Assembly (NCBI GenBank): GCA_028534125.1
Contig: CM052832.1
Coordinates: forward strand, 8,930,001-8,994,000
Reading direction: 5' to 3'
DNA length: 64,000 bases
DNA from: Lama glama
Lineage: Eukaryota
Of this stretch, positions 35,501-47,515 are shown in pieces; positions within the stretch are counted from its first letter, which is position 1, and each line of letters begins with the position of its first letter. Below the pieces are notes generated by a model that saw only the letters and a list, made by a program, of their open reading frames with translations, searched no databases and was not told where the DNA came from. Position numbers and translations under genes: made by a program.

Positions 35501-38500
35501 CAGAAGAGTGCAGGGATTTATGAAGCCCACACAGTCAGTTGTGGGGAGAACCAGTGGGCAAACTCAGGTCTGTTAGAGCTGCCTTCCCATGGGAAGGGAG
35601 AAGGAAACTTCAAGCCACTGAAACCCCAAGGAACAAAGCAGGCCAGGCTAGTGGGTCCCCTGTTCGCTTACGACTTGGTGTATTTGACTCCGGAGGCCTT
35701 GCGGTCCAGGATGCCGTAGCCCGTGTCAATCACCTCCTTGGTCTTGCCAGTTTCCTCAAAGGCTGACTTCAGCTCCACAGCAACATATTTACACACTATG
35801 GGAGGGATACACAGCACAGCCTACTGAGTGCATCCGGGTCTTTGACGGGAGCTGGCTCCCAGCAAAACAGACCCAAGTGGATGCCTCTCCTAGACTGGGT
35901 CGAGTCAATGCTTGGAGCAGAGAAGGAGTTAGCACCAGACCACCAAATGGAGTTCACTGAGTGAAGGAAACTTGGCTCCAAAATCCACTGCCCCAAGTCC
36001 AGTCTTGGCCCTTGTCCTATTGACTTCATTTCAATCATTTATTGTACTTTCAAAATTTCAAACATATAGAGAAGCTGAAGGAGTACAATGAATAACTATA
36101 TACCTTCCACTCATTAATGATTTACCACACTCTCCCACCAATGTATAATATGAAACAATGTGATAATAATAGATCTCAACAATACACACGTTGTTTTTGC
36201 TAAACCATTTTGAAAGTAAGTTGCGGACATCATGATCTTCACTCCTAAATAAGTCATCACCCGTCTCCTGAGAACAAGGACCTTCTCCTCCCTAGCCATA
36301 AAACAATTATAATCCTCGGAAAATTAGCAATAATTCCAGTATCATCTAATGCTCAGTCCACACTCAAACTTCTCTCCAGTTGTCCCCCAAATGTCTTTTA
36401 CGGCTATTTTATTACTTTTTTTCACATGTTGTTCCAACACCAGCTCTCTATTCCTACCAAGTTAATTTGCTCCCTCCTCCCCCAGAGGCCTGTTTCTTCT
36501 GTTTTTTGTACATTCATTTTCTCATTTCCACTTACTCTTCCTCGAACAGTTATTAAACAACTCCTATGTGTCAGGCACTGCCTGGGGATACAGAGATGAA
36601 AACAAGGTCCCTCCCTTCCAGATACTCAGTCCAAAGGAGCGGAAAGTAGTTAAACAAATAATTACCATTGCATAAGGAGCATTAGCACTGGAAGTGTGAA
36701 GTGCCCGAGGCCTTAGAAAAATGCTTGATGCCCTCTAGGGGCTTTGGGGCTTGTCTGCCCATTCTCCCAACCTCACCCTCAAAGCCTCCTCCCCCAGTAA
36801 GTGCTTCTGGATGAATCCCACCTGCTCTTGATTTCATTCTGGGACTCTGCAGGATCTATGCTCTCACTAAGGGCCATGGTCATCTCATGTGTCTCTCCAA
36901 TTAGACCACAAGGGTGCTCAGTATTAGGATTATGTACTGGATTTTTTCTTTATTCCTCTAGTCTGGGACTTTGTGTGTTGGGTACTTGATAAACATTGCT
37001 CAGAGAAAATGTGTTTGTGGTCGAGCAGCTTCTGATGTCTCCCAGTGAAATATGGTCTGCAGCCTAAATGCCATCAGCGTTTTTATAACACCAACAGCAG
37101 AGTTAGGTAGAAAACCAACTTACCACCAAAACAAATCAATCCCCTGCAGGCTTACTTGGTGGAACTTTAAAACATACCCATTAATACGTGGCTTGGAGAA
37201 CTTGGAACACATGAAAATTCCAAGATATAAGCCAGTGATCTCAGAGTCTGCAGTGAACTGAGGGTGTCTCACCTCCCTGGCTCTCCATCCAGGACCATCT
37301 GGGCTCCCTCCCCTCCTCTATCCTGCCCTCTGTGCAAGCTCATCATTTCTCTGGCTCCCGTGCCCTCCTCTCCCACAGTGTTCTAGGCCCTACAGGGCTA
37401 CCATAACCTCACTTCCCAACTCTTCCAAACTTAACCTTGTCAAGCCCCCTCTGGGGATTCCACCCAGAACCAGACTTGGAGGAGATCCGTAGCATAGACC
37501 CCAGATCCTCATGGACATCTACCTGCTTTTTTCTGGGCAGGTTCTCCTTCCTCGGGGCCAAAGCCTGTTCCACTCAGACTACTGAGCCAGGAGGCAGACT
37601 TTGTGGGCCAGTCAGCATTAATAATAAAGGTATAACAGTGGTAAATAAACGTAAATACACTACTAAGAGGAACTTAAGGGTTGGAGTTTGCCAAGCCATC
37701 CTGCGACTGAAAGTCCTTTTTATTCTTTATCAGTTACCTACAACATCAGGTCAGACTAGAATGATCTCAAGATCTTTGCCAGCTCTATGCTTCTTTGAGT
37801 CTCTTAAGGAAAAGAAATGTGAGTTTCTTAGGCTATGAGAATAATAAGAGAAACAGTAAGGGCTCTGTGGTATCAGAATAAGATAGAAAATGAGAAGGGG
37901 AAGTGAAACCCTCAAAGGCTATTGGTTATGACTAGAGGAAGAGTGACAGGAAGGCATCCAAACCCTCTGTCTGTCTATTCAAGGGAGTGGGGTAAGGTAC
38001 AGGCTAGAACCCACATCGGAAGGCCTGCCAGTGAAGCCAGCTCCTCTCGGAAGTATCTCACCTCTAATCTCTCAGATGAAAGGATTATGCATCCTGGGCC
38101 ACCCCCACTTCCCACAGTTTAGGGAACATCTGGCCAGCCGTAGGCTTCGAATTTGGATGCAATAGATTTATAGCCAACTTTCAGGGGTGGGAGGCTGGGG
38201 TTAGGGAGGTGAGAAGGAAGAAGAGGCTGTAAAGGTCTGAGGAGGAAACCAAGAAATGAAGGGGAGGAAAAAAAGGGAGGCCGTCGGCAGTCCTGGATGG
38301 CCGCTTTGTGTGCTGGTGCTCTCTTCTCTCTCTCTGAAGTTCCACATCTCCACCCCATGTCTTTGGGATTCACTGTTGTCCCACATTCCTAAAATCTTCC
38401 TCCCTCACCAAGCTTCCCCAGGTTCCATTCTTCCCCCAAAATGATGGGTCTCGGACCCTCCTCCTTCCTCCACCCACACCCACAGCGCCCCGCGCCCCCG

Positions 38501-39291
38501 TTTATTCATACTTATTCCAAGTATATTCATTGGGTGCCTACCAAGCACAGTGTGAATAAATATCCGAGCCAAGGTTCCTGCCCTCAAGAGGCTCGCAGCC
38601 AGCGGGGGAGACTCTAATTACACAAAATAGGTTGGGTGAGGGAACAAGGGGAGAGTCTCAAGCTCTTCTTCCCCCAAGACCAGTCACATGGCTCTTTTCA
38701 GTTCCTCAAACTTATCCTTTGCTTGTAGGCCTCTGCATCTGTGGCTTCCTGAGTGGGGCCCTCTCTTTTCACTTTTCTTCACCCGTCTAACTCCTAATCA
38801 CTCTTTGCGCTTCCTGGACGAATCCTTCTCCCCAGCCCTAGGCTAGATTAAATGCTCCTTACCCAGCCCCCAAAGCCCTGTACCTCCTCTATCACGGCAT
38901 CTGCTACCCCGATTATAATTGCTTGTTTCCACCGATTTCTGAGCTCCAGGTGCAACGAGACCTGATCTCTCGCCCGCCCCATCCCCAGCGTCCAGAACAG
39001 CGCCAGGCACACAGAAGGTTCGAGGAGCGGAGACTCTTTCCAGAGCCCAGGACCTTGCACCCCTATTCTCCGCAAGCCCCGCCCCCCCAGCAGCATACTC
39101 CTCATGGGCCCCGCCCCCTCACCTTCGCATTTGCTGGGCAGCCGAACCCAGTCGGTCTCATCTGCTCGGGCCTGCCTCGGGCCCAGCTCCGGGGCCGGCA
39201 GTAGCAGCAGCAGGAGCAATAACAGGGGAAAAAGCAGGAGACAGCGGGGCACGGGCTGGGGCCGGGACACGGGCTCAGGTAACGGCTCCAT
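32532..39291 (-). CDS. CNPY3: Protein canopy homolog 3 (PRAT4A, TLR/gp96 co-chaperone), 6 exons, 282 aa
   Basis: Exons (minus): 39291-39123, 35795-35672, 35021-34925, 33474-33352, 33099-32982, 32749-32532. Total 849 nt, all GT-AG. Poly-Leu signal peptide, [27 protein letters not shown] saposin-like domain, basic tail, C-terminal PDEL*. Confidence 0.97.
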
Positions 39292-39740
39292 GGCCCAGCC
39301 GGGCCCGACCCGAGCGGACCGGGCTGCGCTTCCTCCGGCTGCGCGCGCTGGGCAGCTTCCCGGAGCCGCTCCCGGGACTGCACACGTGCCTGGGTGTAAC
39401 CGGGGCAACCGCGAGCCCCCAGCGCGCTCCCTCCTCCGGCCGCCTCGGCCCGCCCCCAGAGCCGACGGAGGCCCGCGGACAACGCAGCCAATGGGCTTTT
39501 GGGGGTTTGCCCGCTAGCGAATGGGAAAAGTATCTTTTTTTTGGCCTCGGCCAGTGAGAGATCGGATGGTGTCCTCAGTGACCTATGGCACATCTTTTCC
39601 CACCCCTAACGGAGGCTCTGGGAGGGGCTAGAGGAGACCAGCACCAGGGGAGAGGAAGCAGCGCTCTGGTCCTGGAAGACGTGGGAAAGGCCGACACATA
39701 CCTTCTCCGCCTCCTCGCACGTCACTTCCCCCTCTCGGGT
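39292..39740 (-). promoter_or_regulatory. CNPY3 CpG-island promoter
   Basis: CpG-rich; GC box (CCCGCCCC) near 39449, CCAAT at 39488-39492, TGACGTG on - at 39724-39718. Confidence 0.6.
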
Positions 39741-41953
39741 CATAATACAGCAAGCTCTTACTGAATGAGCACTTGTTTTAAAATTTTACTACTATAATGA
39801 TTGTTTTTATTGTTGTAATTTCCAGTCACTCTAGTAAGCGCTGTGAATGAGACCAGAACTCAAACGGTCCCCAGCCCTCAGGCAGCTTTCTTATTATGCC
39901 CAGTAACCCTAGACTTGCCCCAGTGAGAACTAGAACGAATCACTTCCTCTCCGAGCCTCAGTTTTTGTCTGTATGATGACAAAAGTGATCCTCCTAGCTG
40001 CTGTTCAAGGCTTGCCTATTCCTGGGAAACTCAAATAGGTTAATGGAACTAAAGCTTATTGGGCAGATTGTAAAAAGTTCACGGGTTATTTATTTATTTA
40101 TTTTTTTAGTGTGTGACCTCATCCCCTTTTCTGCCCTATTATTTATGTCTTTAGATTTTGAGGTCCCAGAAGTCAGGGACTTGGCTAATGAACGATTGCA
40201 TTTCCTCCCTTCTCCCTGGCAACAACTCGGAGCCTGGCTCAATGAACAACCCCTCCACCCCACTGTGTCCTCAAGAGGAGGACTCTGGGTCTTTGGGCTG
40301 CTTCAGGCTACCTCTGAGCTCAGTGTCCTACGGACTCACGCAGACCAAGGCTGCTTCTCTGGGAAGTTGTATGCAAATTCCATTTTTGTCCATAAACCGC
40401 TGTTTCTCTAGTGCCTATGTTTCCTTCCCAGAGGTTAGATATTTATGCTATTTTATAAAGACTTAAAAGACTGATGCTCAGTGCATCGACTTGTCGTTTC
40501 CTGGTCTAGCTGCTTGCTCAAAACAATTGTGTGAGTGACAAGGCACTTTGGATAAGCAGGAGCCATGGTATGTAGAGTTCCACAGTGTATATACCAGGAT
40601 GAGGACACCTCCTGAGGGCCTCCATGTTCTGTAGGCTTCGTAAGGCTCAGAGAGGCTCAGAGTCTGACCATAGCACTTGATTTCCAGGGCCAGAGAGTCC
40701 GCCTGGGAAATAATGTTAAGCCAGCTCAGTTGGGATTTAGAGTCCGGGGCAGGGCAGAATTGGGGAAATGAGGGCAAGAGAGGAAAGAGCACTGAAGCTC
40801 AGGGGAGTCTGCTTCCAGAATAAACAAATGGGTCTCTGAGGGCATTTACTGAGACACAGATTAGTTTGGCACATGCTCTGGCCTCAGTATCTGGGCTGAG
40901 ACCTGGGAAGGAAGAGCAGCTGGAGAAAGTCTGAGGTTATGGCTGGATACACCCCCGCTGCCACCCAGCCTACCCCTTCCTCAGTCTGTGTGTTAGGGGG
41001 ATGGTGGACAGATTCATTCTAGAAGTTCTGCCCTCTCCCTCCTTCAAGAATCCAAAAAAGAGGTGGGAGAATCTCCTTCCAGGCTGGGGAGAGATGGACG
41101 ATGGAGGGGAAGGTGAGGGTTTTCCTTGAACAGCAGCTTTGAGGACACAGGCTCAGGGAAGCTGGGAGTGTCATTGATGCCATGTGTGTGGGGGGGGTGT
41201 TGGAGCATAATTCCCCACTGCCACTCTAGGGGAAGGAAGACTAAAGTAGGGCCATTGATCCAGGAAACTGTCCTATGCTGCCCAGGGGACATCTGGAGTC
41301 ACATGAAAGCACCCAGAGATTCTTGGGGTGATTATTGGAGGGAAAACCCTGGGAAAGGCTGGATTTCCTGCCAGCACTGGGTAAACAGGGGACACACAGG
41401 TTACACTCCAGTGTGGGAGCTTCACATTCTATCAGTGCAAGAACTCTCTTCAGGAAATAAAACAAAACCCTCTTTAGTGCCTGCCTGGCTCAGAGCTGAC
41501 TCTCACTGAATATTTGTCAAGTGAATAGTGACCCTTTGTTGATTAATAACGTGTAAGTTTGGAATTATGACCTGTGATCTTGGCATTGGTTATGATCTCG
41601 TCACCCTGGGATCCTGGCCCTGCTCTTTTCCATCAAGTCTGTACAAGATTTCACATAAGGCCCAACACCCCATCTTCCTGGGTTCCTGGGCTCCTTGCCC
41701 TCAACTCTCAAGAGATTGGGCCAGGGTGAGGAGATGAATGTAGAGAGGGCCTTGCCTCATGCCTGGTGATGGGGAAAGGAGACAGGTGGGACAGCATCCT
41801 CCCCAACCCCTGGCCCCACTCAGCAATTCCCAGGCTCTTACCCTCAGGAAATCTTCCAAGATTTCTGCCTCCTCTAAATCTACCCAGTTCCCTCCTCCTA
41901 GAGTAGACATGAATTAAAATATTTTTCATTTGCCTGTGTCATATAAGTTCTCC

Positions 41954-41959
41954 TTTAAT
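41954..41959 (-). terminator. Probable PTCRA polyadenylation signal ATTAAA
   Basis: TTTAAT on + about 170 nt past the PTCRA stop. It is the first common hexamer downstream. Confidence 0.5.
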
Positions 41960-42127
41960 TGTTCCCAGTTATCTGCACCTCAGATGTCCCAGTGCCTGGG
42001 TCGATCACCACCCTCAAGGGGCTTCCAGTCTGATGGGAGAGACAAAGCCATTTCCCTTGGCCCTCAGTTTGAGGAGGGGAGACCGAGCCTAGCCCCCAGG
42101 ATGCTCCTGTCAGCTGGGGGAGGCAGA

Positions 42128-45100
42128 TCACAGAGAAATGCTCCGAGGCTTGAGGCAGGAATACTGAGGGCGGGTCTGGAGCACCCGGCCCTGAGCACGA
42201 GCGGCCCGATCTTCCCAGACCAGGCTCCTGGGATCCCGACCGTTGCGGGGCTGAAGCGCCGGCGGGGCGGACAGGCTGAGCCCTGTGGTCCCCCCATCAC
42301 TGCGGCGAAGCCTGTCGGTGGGGGCTGCGGGCAGTCCTACCGGCGGAGGCTTCGGGAAGAGAAGGCGATCGGCCCGCGGGGCCGCGAGAGGCAAGGGGAG
42401 CCCGGGGTCCCTCGGGCAGGACGGCCCGGCCGGGTTCCCCCGCGCGGCGGGCAGCGCGCGGAGGCGGCTGCAGGTCAGGAGCACGTCCAGCAGCAGCAGC
42501 TTGAAGAGCAGCAGCCGCAGCGCCCCCAGCCGCAGCGCCTGGCCCCGCGTCCCTGCGGGAGAGAAGGCGCGGTGAGCGGCCCCGCAGGCCGCTGTTCAGC
42601 CTTCCACCCGCCCCGCGGGAGAATGTTCACCAGACAAAAGGTAATCAGGGAACGTCCTTCCTGGCGTCTAACCTCAGGCTCTGTCTGGGAATAATAAACA
42701 CCTTCCTAGCCTTCATTTTCTTTTATTCCTCAACAACCAAGGGGACTGAAGGTCAGGCAGGAGTTAGCATCCCATAAGGAGGAGAGTCATCAGCTCAAAT
42801 TTCTCTGGTTGGGAAGCAGAACCTGGGTCATGACTCTGTGTCCAGCAGATGGTTGGACTTGCCACCACGCAGTCTCCCAAGTCTCCCTGGACTCCCAAGA
42901 ATCTCCCAAGGCTCTGATGCTGAGACCATCCCTCTGGGCTGCCCATGGAGAGCTTCAAGGACCCTTCTGCTAACTCTCACGTGCTTTTCTCAACTAGTGT
43001 CCAGAAATTAGGCTGGGATCAGGGGATTTAATCCCCATCTGACCTGCGGGTTGGCAGAGGCCCAGGCTAGCCAGTGCCCTAGCCTAGCAAGGCAGCCTCT
43101 TCAGGGAACACCCACTAATCCCCAAGGGGACCATGAAGCCAGAGCCCAACAGAGCCTGAGATCCTGGCCCACAATACTCACCTCGGAGAGGCTCCCAGAG
43201 GCAGGTCCTGGTTGAGGAAGCCCCTCCTGCCAGGCAAAGAGAAGGGAGTGAGTCAATGGGATGGGCTGTGTCCTCCACCCCAGTGCTATGCCCCAGCTCT
43301 GCTCAGGGCAGCCGCTCATGGCATGTTGGATAAATGGACAAAGGAACCAGCAATGGACACTCTGAGTCCATCTGCAGCAAGTCCTCTGAGGGGCCCAGAT
43401 CTCCCTCCCTCCAGGCTGGCCCCTGTTCTGTTCCCCTGGGAGGCTGAGGTGCCTCAGCTCTTTTAGACAATGAATCAATTTTCTTAGCAGCCTTCTTTGG
43501 AAGGTGGGGCATTTATTCAACAAACATTTCCATTTGGAAGATGACAAAACTAACATAATCCAAAAAGAGGATGTAAGTCTTCTGGCCAGTAATAATAATG
43601 GCTGGCTTTGGATTACCTCTCTGTGCCTGTACAATGGGAGTAATAGGACCCACTTCATAAATGTGAAGTGTTTACTGCCGTGCCTGGCACAGAGTAAACA
43701 GTGAGTGGTAGCAATTTACTGTTTGATTATTGTCTGGTTCTGGTGAGTAGGGTGTCATATTAAGGGTAATTTATATACAGACAGTAACCCCAGGTGTATA
43801 TTTAGAGAGATTAACCCTAGGAGGGAGGAGACATTATTACCTCTTAGAAGTCATGTATCAGAGCCTGGATTTGAATGAGATATCACAGTTGCAAATCCCA
43901 GGACTCAGGGCCCTGAGATCACCTGAGCCTAGATGGTTGGCACTTGGATGCCCTTCATGTCCCATGGTCTGGAGTCTGTCCTCCCGCCCACCATACCCTG
44001 GTTCCAGGGGCAGGGAGCAGCCACAGGGGTGCAGGCTCTGTCCGCACCTGACAGCTGTAGGGGCTGTGTGCTCTGGCTCTGCTCTCCAGCCTCAGGCCCG
44101 GTATGGCAGACCAGGGTCTCCCAGGCTGCCAGCTCTTCAGAGGGTAGGGAGAGCTGAGCCAAGCTAGTCCAGGTGCCATCTGCCGCTGGGGAAGGACCAT
44201 AGGTGAACGCATCCAGTGAGCTACCATTGCCAGCTGAGAACCAGATGGGACTCTCGAGGCCAGGAGGTGCAGCATCAAGGACCAGGCAGACCACCAGCAT
44301 CTCCTGCTTTCCATCCACCAAAAGTGTGATTGGTGGGGCCAGAGAGGGGAAGGGTGTGCTGCCCGCACCTACAAGAGAGCACACACTTGTGGTGGGGCTA
44401 GATCTGTCCATGCCCTCCAAGCCAGCATCTCACAGTAGCAGTCTATCCTTCCACCCACTCATCCATCCCTCTCTCCTTGCATTTATCCATCTAACCATCT
44501 TCATTCCCTCCACCCTTTCATTCATCCATCCTTTCTTCCATCCCTCTCTCCTTGCATTTATCCATCTAACCATCTTCATTCCCTCCACCCTTTCATTCAT
44601 CCATCCTTTCTTCCATCGTCCATCTTCCCTACATCTATTCTCTCTCCTTCCCATCTATATCTTCATCCACCCATCCATCTATCCACCCTTCCTTCTATTC
44701 ATCCATCCATCTATCCTTCCATCCATCCATCACCCATCTATCATATCTGAACTTTTCTGTGCCAGGCGTTGGGGATACAACATTAATTAAAATATTGTCC
44801 CCGCTCTCAGTGATCTCAGTCCCATGAGAGGGACAGCAGATGCAAACAAATACTTACAGTACCTTGTTGTGCCAGCCTCAGGAGAGTGGTTACCTCTGGG
44901 GAGGAAGGGAAGAAAATAGGATCTGTAATGAGATCATAAGGGGCCTCAAATGTATCTGTAACTTTTTGTTTCTTTAAAAAAAATCTGATTCAAATATGGC
45001 AAAATTTTAACCATTTGTTAATCTGAATGGAATGTGCATGAGTGTTTTTTGTGTTATTCTTGGTTCTTTTCTGTAAGTCTGTATTATTTTTTAATAACTT

Positions 45101-46758
45101 TTTTAGATATAATTCATGTACCATACAGTTCATCCATTTAAAGTGTATGTCTGTATTATTTTAAAGTTAAAAAATAAAAGTAAGTCATGTGAGGACTATA
45201 AACATTTGTCCTACCTTTTCCAGAATGGTCCTGATTTTCCACACTTATTCTTTTTGGGAAAGATGACTCATTTAATATATAAACGTTATTTTTGAACAGT
45301 TGGATATCTTTTCATATAAGTAGAATCTCAAAGGTTAAAACCTACCAACAAATTTGCACCATGAGTTAAGTGCAGGCAGGCTAAAGAAATGCCCCAGGGT
45401 GCAGAGAAGGATGCCAGAAGGTCTTATGGGGACTTAGAGATCGGGGATGCTCACAAAAGATTTCTTGAAGGTCAAATAACTGACCTAGAAGCAGGTGGAT
45501 GGTAAGTAGCCCACTCAGGATTTGAACTGAGATCTCTATGACTCCAGATCCCACAGACCACCCCATCTGGAAGAATGACTAAGATTTTGCTATATGACAC
45601 AGTGGACCAAGCCTGGGACATGGCCTCAGACAGAGTTGGTTTGACTCCTGACTCATCCATTTAATTTCCTGAGTCTAAATTGTCCTATAAATGTAATGGG
45701 GTTAATAACACCAGCCCAGTAAAACTGCTGTGAAGGATAAAGATCATGAATATAAAACAACTTGGAAGGAAAGTGTTAGTATTATCCTCAATACACATGT
45801 TAATAAGACATCACAAACAAAGGGAGGAGGGAAGGCTGGGAGTGAGCTCCAGGATGCTCGACCTCCTGAGAACTTTCAGCCGTACAGAGAGACATTCCCC
45901 AAGTTGAGTTGAGTGTCTGCCTCCTCCATGAAGCCTCCCAGGATTGCTCCTCCTCACTCTGGCTGCTTCCCTCCCAGAGCTCAGGCCTCCTGCCACAGAC
46001 TCTCCTTGCTCCACAAGGGTGTGGTTTATCTCCCTAGCAAGGAAAAGTTTGTGACATACTGGGGGCCAGCTTTAGAACACGGAGAGGCCATAATTCAAAG
46101 GTCAAGGACCTTCCCCCACCACAAACATGCTTGTAGATGAAGCTGGGATTCTCAAAATTTGAGTCTTTTGTCTCCAGCCTTCATCTTTGAACGACCAGGG
46201 CTGGGGAGGGTGGGTAAATTCACCCGGGAAGTCACTGGGGCCTTGAGACTTCTGAGAACCCACTGGTAAGGGGAGCTGGGAGTAAACACAAGACACCCTG
46301 AGCCCTGAGGGCAGGAGACTGGACAGGAAGGGGGGACCTCACAATGGTGCCTGTGTCCCACCACCCTACATAGCACAACACGATCTGGCTATCCTCCCGC
46401 CCATTACGGACACCTGTCCAGCTTACTCTGGTTTCTCTATATCTCCGAGACTGACTGCCCTCCCTACCAACTCTGTGGACTCCAAGGGAGCAGGACTTGG
46501 GAGCCCGGAGTGCGGTAGCTGGCAGGTGGAGTACAATGAGGAAGGGGACAATGGGCTTCTGGGGAGAGCCTCCCCAGAGGGCCCTCAAATACCCCTGTCC
46601 TGCCTCCCTGCATCCCGCCCACACCCAGGGAAGCCTAGCGTGATGGAGTGGGCTGGGCAGACGAATGGGGCGCAGAGAGGGATGCAGGGAGGGTGCTCAC
46701 CTGTGGGCAGGGCTGGACACTCGAGGGCCAGGAGAAGCAGAAGCCAAGTCCCGGCCAT
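42128..46758 (-). CDS. PTCRA: Pre-T-cell antigen receptor alpha, 4 exons, 282 aa
   Basis: Exons (minus): 46758-46701, 44368-44048, 43226-43182, 42552-42128. Total 849 nt, GT-AG. Signal MAGTWLLLLLAL; Ig-C domain (PFPSLAPPITLLVDGKQ, VVCLV, SPIWFSAGNGS, LVCH); connecting-peptide Cys (RTC); TM LRLLLFKLLLLDVLLTC; Pro/Arg-rich tail. Confidence 0.95.
44450..44740. repeat. (CCAT)n-like low-complexity repeat with a 75-nt tandem duplication
   Basis: Two copies start at 44464 and 44539, visible as a 25-aa repeat in ORF 44203..44790. Confidence 0.85.
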
Positions 46759-47397
46759 GGCCCACCTGAGAGGAGGCAGGACCCAGCTGCAGACCTGAGG
46801 TGCGGGCTGGGGGAGGAGGCAGCCACAAGACTGCCTCACAGGCCACAGGCCCAGCTGCATCTCAGCTGCTCCACCACGGAGCCGTTTCCCCGGGGGAGGG
46901 GCCCCTCCCACCCCCAGTCTCTCACAGTCCCTTCCTACACCAGGAGGCTCAGAGAGATTGAGTGACCTGACCAAGGCCACATAGCTGGCAGGTGACAGAG
47001 CCAGAGCTTGAACTGTTTTCTGATGGCTGGCTTTATTATAGCCAAAAAGCTAATAAATGCATTTTCATGTATTTACAGCCCTTTTAAATAGAATTTAATT
47101 TTTAGAGCTGTTTCAGGTTTATAGCAAAAGTGACCAGAATGTTCAGAGATTTCTCATATACTCCCTGCTCCATCACATCAAACACCTTTTAAAAAATAAA
47201 CTACTGTTTAAAATGGCCATTTAAAATGTAAATGCCATTTTCAATGACTCCACTAAATTTTAACTGGAGCTGTCATTTTGACCCAGAAACTTCATATCTA
47301 GGTATATACCCTAATGCAATAATAAGAGATTCAGTCATTATAAGACAAAGATTTATGCACAAAAATGTTCTTTGAAGTATTATATTAAAAAACCAAG

Positions 47398-47515
47398 GGG
47401 AGGGGAGGGTATAGCTTTAGTGGTAGAGTGCCTACATAGCAGGCACGAGGTCCTGGGCTCAATCCCCAGTGCCTCTATTTAAATAAATAAATAAACCTGA
47501 TTACCCCACAAACAA
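47398..47515 (+). mobile_element. tRNA-Ala-derived SINE nested in an old L1 fragment
   Basis: GGGGAGGGTATAGCTTTAGTGGTAGAG...GGTCCTGGGCTCAATCCCCAG, with the TSD AAAAAACCAAG on both sides. Confidence 0.85.

Noticed and set aside
41930..42694. 254-aa plus-strand ORF with Gln runs
   Set aside because: Antisense shadow of PTCRA exon 4; the Gln runs mirror CTG Leu codons of the transmembrane segment.
44203..44790. 195-aa ORF with a 25-aa repeat
   Set aside because: Translation of the CCAT-type simple repeat, antisense to PTCRA.
46759..46980. Upstream in-frame ATG (46860) extending PTCRA
   Set aside because: It falls in the E-box-rich proximal promoter and would put 34 residues before the signal peptide. 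ATG 46758 has a strong Kozak context (GCCATGG).
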